Shown here piece after piece: positions 60,501 to 64,000 of a stretch of 64,000 nucleotides of DNA. The notes beneath the pieces are model-generated. The model ran no database searches and was not told where the DNA came from. It saw only the letters and a list, made by a program, of their open reading frames with translations. This DNA is from Escherichia phage vB_EcoM_VR26. Numbering within the stretch: position 1 is the first letter of the stretch; every line of letters starts with the position of its first letter. The stretch lies in sequence record NC_028957.1; one strand, given 5' to 3'. The translations under genes were made by a program, and so were the position numbers.

Positions 60501-60508
60501 TATAAATA
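60501..60508 (+). promoter_or_regulatory. Late promoter TATAAATA for genes 36-37
   Basis: Exact motif directly after the terminator, 37 nt upstream of gene 36. Confidence 0.65.
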
Positions 60509-60544
60509 TTGAATAATGAATAAGCTGACCGAAGAGGATTTGAA

Positions 60545-61192
60545 ATGGCTGATTTAAAATTAGGTTCAACCGCCGGAGGTTCAGTCCTTTGGCATCAGGG
60601 TAATTTCCCTTTAACACCAGTTAGTAATGATGTATATTACAAAACTTATAAAATTTATTCCGAATATAATAAGCCACAGGCAGTAGATAATGATTTCGTT
60701 TCTAAAGCTCTTGGTGGTAATTATAAAGCAAACGTATATTTCGAACAAGGTCTGACCTTTAACGATTCAAATGGTTATGGCATTAAACTCGGAGCAAGAA
60801 CAGGCGGTGCACCATTTACAGCTTCATTCCGTATAAAAGGTCCGTTTGGTTTCGAAACCGAAACAGGCACGCCATTTGTTATTTTTGACCCCGATACTAC
60901 AACCGGAGCAAAACGTTTTACTGTTATGGGTGATACGCTGGCTCGTCAAGTTTATGATGATTCGGGTCGTGTATTTTCCCCAGGGAACACTCCGTCGAAA
61001 GCTCAAGTTGGTTTAGGAAACGTAACTAACCAGCAACAGGTAGAACTAAATAATAGTACATTACAATCAATGACAGGAAACTTGTCAGCGCCCAATTTTT
61101 TCTCTAGGAACCCTGCATCAGACCCGGCTCACGTGCCTCGTTTTGACCAAATCGTTCTTAAAGACTCCGTACAAGACTTTGGATATTATTAA
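60545..61192 (+). CDS. 36: Long tail fibre distal connector gp36
   Basis: 215 aa; N- and C-termini (MADLKLGSTAGGSVLWHQGNFPL...PRFDQIVLKDSVQDFGYY) match remembered T4 gp36. Confidence 0.92.
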   Translation: MADLKLGSTAGGSVLWHQGNFPLTPVSNDVYYKTYKIYSEYNKPQAVDNDFVSKALGGNYKANVYFEQGLTFNDSNGYGIKLGARTGGAPFTASFRIKGPFGFETETGTPFVIFDPDTTTGAKRFTVMGDTLARQVYDDSGRVFSPGNTPSKAQVGLGNVTNQQQVELNNSTLQSMTGNLSAPNFFSRNPASDPAHVPRFDQIVLKDSVQDFGYY

Positions 61193-61200
61193 GAGGCATT

Positions 61201-64000
61201 ATGGCTACTTTAAAACAAATACAATTTAAAAGAAGTAAAATTGCTGGTGTCCGCCCAACCCCAACTGTATTGGCTGAAGGTGAACTCGCAATTAACTTGA
61301 AAGACCGCTTGTTATTCACAAAGGATGATACCGGAGCTATTATTGACCTTGGTTTTGCTAAAGGTGGCAATATCGATGGTAACGTTATCCATAAAGGCAA
61401 TTACAACCAAACGGGCGATTATACCCTCAATGGCACATTTACCCAGACAGGTAATTTTAATTTAACCGGAATTGCTCGTGTAACTCGTGATATTATTGCT
61501 GCAGGTCAGATAATGACTGAAGGTGGCGAACTGATTTCTAAGAGCGCTTCTACTTCACACCTTCGTTTCTTTGATGGCGATGACCGAGAACGCGGTATTA
61601 TCTTTTCGCCAAATAATGCGGGTCTTACCAATCAAGTAGTTAATATTCGTGTCCAAGACTACGCCGCTGGTAGCGAAAGCACCTACGCGTTTTCAGGCAG
61701 TGGCCTATTTACTTCACCAGAAGTATCAGCATGGAAATCTATTTCTTCGCCACAAATTCTTACCGATAAAGTTATTACCAACGGCAAGAAGGCAGACGAT
61801 TATGACATCTATTCGTTGGCTGACAACACTCCTTTAACCGAAAGCGAAACAGCAATTAATCATCTTCGTGTCATGCGTAATGCCGTTGGTTCTGGTATTT
61901 TCCATGAAGTTAAAGATAATGATGGAATAACTTGGTATGCTGGTGATGGGCTAGAGGCCTATCTATGGTCGTTTACATGGTCTGGTGGATTGAAAGCGGG
62001 TCATTCCATTTCTATAGGCACCCCAGGCGGCCCCAAAGGATATTCCGAATTAGGAACGGCTTCAATTGCCCTCGGTGATAATGGCACCGGATTTAAATGG
62101 CATCAAGATGGATATTTTTTTACGGTAAACAACGGTACAAAAACTTTCCTTTCCGGTCCGGCGGAAACTACTAGTCTTAGAAAAATGGTTATGGGTTATT
62201 CTGTAAATGGTACTGATTTGACAACGCCGCCGGAAGAAAACTATGCCCTGGCAACTGTAGTTACTTACCATGATAATAACGCCTTTGGTGATGGTCAAAC
62301 CCTTTTAGGATATTATCAAGGTGGTAATTACCATCACTATTTCCGTGGTAAAGGTACTACAAACATTAACACCGCCGGCGGATTGTTAGTTACTCCAGGT
62401 AATATTGATGTTGTTGGTGGTTCGGTTAATATCGACGGACGTAGTAATGCTTCTACTGTGCTTTTTAAAGGAAATACTATAGGACATAGTTCAGTTGATA
62501 ATATAGAGCTCAAAGTTTGGGGCGATACTTTTGCTACTGTAGGTGGTACTCGCAAAAACGTAATGGAAACATCTGATGCTACCGGCTGGATGCAGTATAT
62601 TCAGCGAACTACAGCAGGTAAAGTCGAATCTTATTTAAACGGCGCGATGAACATCGTCGAAGGATTAAATGTAGGTCAAGATGCATCCTTAAAACGCAAT
62701 CTGTACGTTTCCAATGAAATTAAAGTTCGCGGTTCTAGTGGACTTCGTATTTGGAACGATAAGTACGGCGTTATTTTCAGGAATTCAGAAGACCAACTAC
62801 ATATTATTCCAACTAATATTAACCAAGGCGAAAGTGGCGGATTAGGTCCATTACGTCCATTGAGTATTACATTAGACACTGGTCTGGTTAAAATTCCCAA
62901 TTTGGCAGCTGGCCAGGTTTCTTTTAGTAGTACAGGCGTATTGGAATTTCCCGCCGGTAATGGCGGCTCTTATGCCAACCAGAACACGGCTAAAGCCCCA
63001 CTGTATCAAACATTAGGTTCGTCGTCGGCTCAAGCATTCTATCCTATTACTAAGCAGAAAAATACTGTTTCGAATGTAACTGTTACTCAAGGTATGGACC
63101 GAACTACAAGTGAATACCGAATTGTTGCTCAAGGCGATTTGCTTGGTGATGGTGATGCTACTGGATTAAAATACTGGCGCTTTACTAAAGAAGGTCACTT
63201 CATAACTCAGAGCCGCTTATATGCTGGTACAGCATTCTTGAACACTGACGGTAACATTGCTGGTTCTATCTGGAACAAATATTCTGGTTCCACTAACCTT
63301 GATGCAGCAGTGAGTACTCGTGTCGGTAAAAGCGGTGATACAATGACCGGAAAATTGACTATTGAGGCTCCGGGTGATGCATTAGTATTGAGAACAACCA
63401 CAGGTAATAGCTCGCATATCCGTTCTGATGTAGGTGGTACAGGTAACTGGTATATAGGCAAAGGCGGCGACGACAATGGTCTAGGTTTCTACAGTTACGC
63501 TACACAAGGTGCTATATACATAACAAATAATGGCGAAATATCTCTCTCTCCTCAAGGTCAAGGAACATTTAATTTTAACAAAGACCGTATTCATATAAAC
63601 GGTACACAATGGACTGCACACCAGGGTGGTGACTGGGCCAGTCAATGGCGTCAAGAAGCTCCTGTGTTTGTGGATTTTGGTAATGTCGGTAATGATAGTT
63701 ATTATCCTATTATTAAAGGAAAATCTGGTATTACTAATGAAGGTTATATATCTGGTGTAGATTTTGGTATGCGCCGTATCACTAATACATGGGCCCAAGC
63801 TATTATCCGTGTTGGTAACCAGGAAAACGGTCATGACCCACAAGCTGTCTACGAATTCCACCATAGTGGTACTTTTTATGCCCCTGGGTTGCTCAAGAGT
63901 AGCAGGGTATCAGCAGGTGGTGGTGACCCCGCCTGGTTAGGGCCGTGTATTGTTCTTGGCGATAATGACACAGGTCTAGTTTGGGAATCTGATGGTGTCT
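61201..64000 (+). CDS. 37: Long tail fibre distal subunit gp37 (3-prime partial; continues beyond window)
   Basis: Frame 1 open from ATG 61201 to window end; N-terminus MATLKQIQFKRSKIAG...LAEGELAINLKDR matches remembered T4 gp37; absent from ORF track because no stop in window. Confidence 0.9.
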   Translation, partial: MATLKQIQFKRSKIAGVRPTPTVLAEGELAINLKDRLLFTKDDTGAIIDLGFAKGGNIDGNVIHKGNYNQTGDYTLNGTFTQTGNFNLTGIARVTRDIIAAGQIMTEGGELISKSASTSHLRFFDGDDRERGIIFSPNNAGLTNQVVNIRVQDYAAGSESTYAFSGSGLFTSPEVSAWKSISSPQILTDKVITNGKKADDYDIYSLADNTPLTESETAINHLRVMRNAVGSGIFHEVKDNDGITWYAGDGLEAYLWSFTWSGGLKAGHSISIGTPGGPKGYSELGTASIALGDNGTGFKWHQDGYFFTVNNGTKTFLSGPAETTSLRKMVMGYSVNGTDLTTPPEENYALATVVTYHDNNAFGDGQTLLGYYQGGNYHHYFRGKGTTNINTAGGLLVTPGNIDVVGGSVNIDGRSNASTVLFKGNTIGHSSVDNIELKVWGDTFATVGGTRKNVMETSDATGWMQYIQRTTAGKVESYLNGAMNIVEGLNVGQDASLKRNLYVSNEIKVRGSSGLRIWNDKYGVIFRNSEDQLHIIPTNINQGESGGLGPLRPLSITLDTGLVKIPNLAAGQVSFSSTGVLEFPAGNGGSYANQNTAKAPLYQTLGSSSAQAFYPITKQKNTVSNVTVTQGMDRTTSEYRIVAQGDLLGDGDATGLKYWRFTKEGHFITQSRLYAGTAFLNTDGNIAGSIWNKYSGSTNLDAAVSTRVGKSGDTMTGKLTIEAPGDALVLRTTTGNSSHIRSDVGGTGNWYIGKGGDDNGLGFYSYATQGAIYITNNGEISLSPQGQGTFNFNKDRIHINGTQWTAHQGGDWASQWRQEAPVFVDFGNVGNDSYYPIIKGKSGITNEGYISGVDFGMRRITNTWAQAIIRVGNQENGHDPQAVYEFHHSGTFYAPGLLKSSRVSAGGGDPAWLGPCIVLGDNDTGLVWESDGV

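Overview
This window is a T4-like (Tevenvirinae-type) myophage genome segment, collinear with the T4 map from gene 18 to gene 37. All calls rest on reading the six-frame translations against remembered T4 proteins and motifs; no database search was run. Plus strand: tail sheath gp18 (5-prime partial), tail tube gp19, portal gp20, prohead core gp67/gp68, prohead protease gp21, scaffold gp22, major capsid gp23, two tandem gp24 vertex paralogs, UvsW/UvsW.1, baseplate hub genes 51-27-28-29-48-54, and long tail fibre genes 34-35-36-37 (gp37 runs off the window end). Minus strand: rnlB, hoc, inh, uvsY, 25, 26, alt, DNA ligase (30), a 30.x cluster, rIII, 31, cd, pseT, spanins, alc, rnlA, denA, nrdB, nrdA, td, frd, 32, 59, 33, dsbA, rnh. 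Canonical T4 late (TATAAATA), middle (MotA box plus -10) and early-type promoters and many hairpin terminators are visible. The ORF track uses TTG/GTG starts, so several starts were moved to internal ATGs with Shine-Dalgarno support. Differences from T4: (1) a two-gene plus-strand insertion next to hoc encoding a collagen-like protein with a carbohydrate-binding-like insert plus a second Hoc-like Ig-domain protein, the strongest candidate for an undescribed capsid-decoration/adhesion module; (2) an HNH homing-endonuclease-like gene between genes 18 and 19; (3) tandem gp24 paralogs; (4) a truncated alc paralog; (5) a 400-bp ORF-free structured region beside an unannotated small basic gene; (6) intron-less td and nrdB with no seg/mobE/I-Tev genes at their T4 positions.
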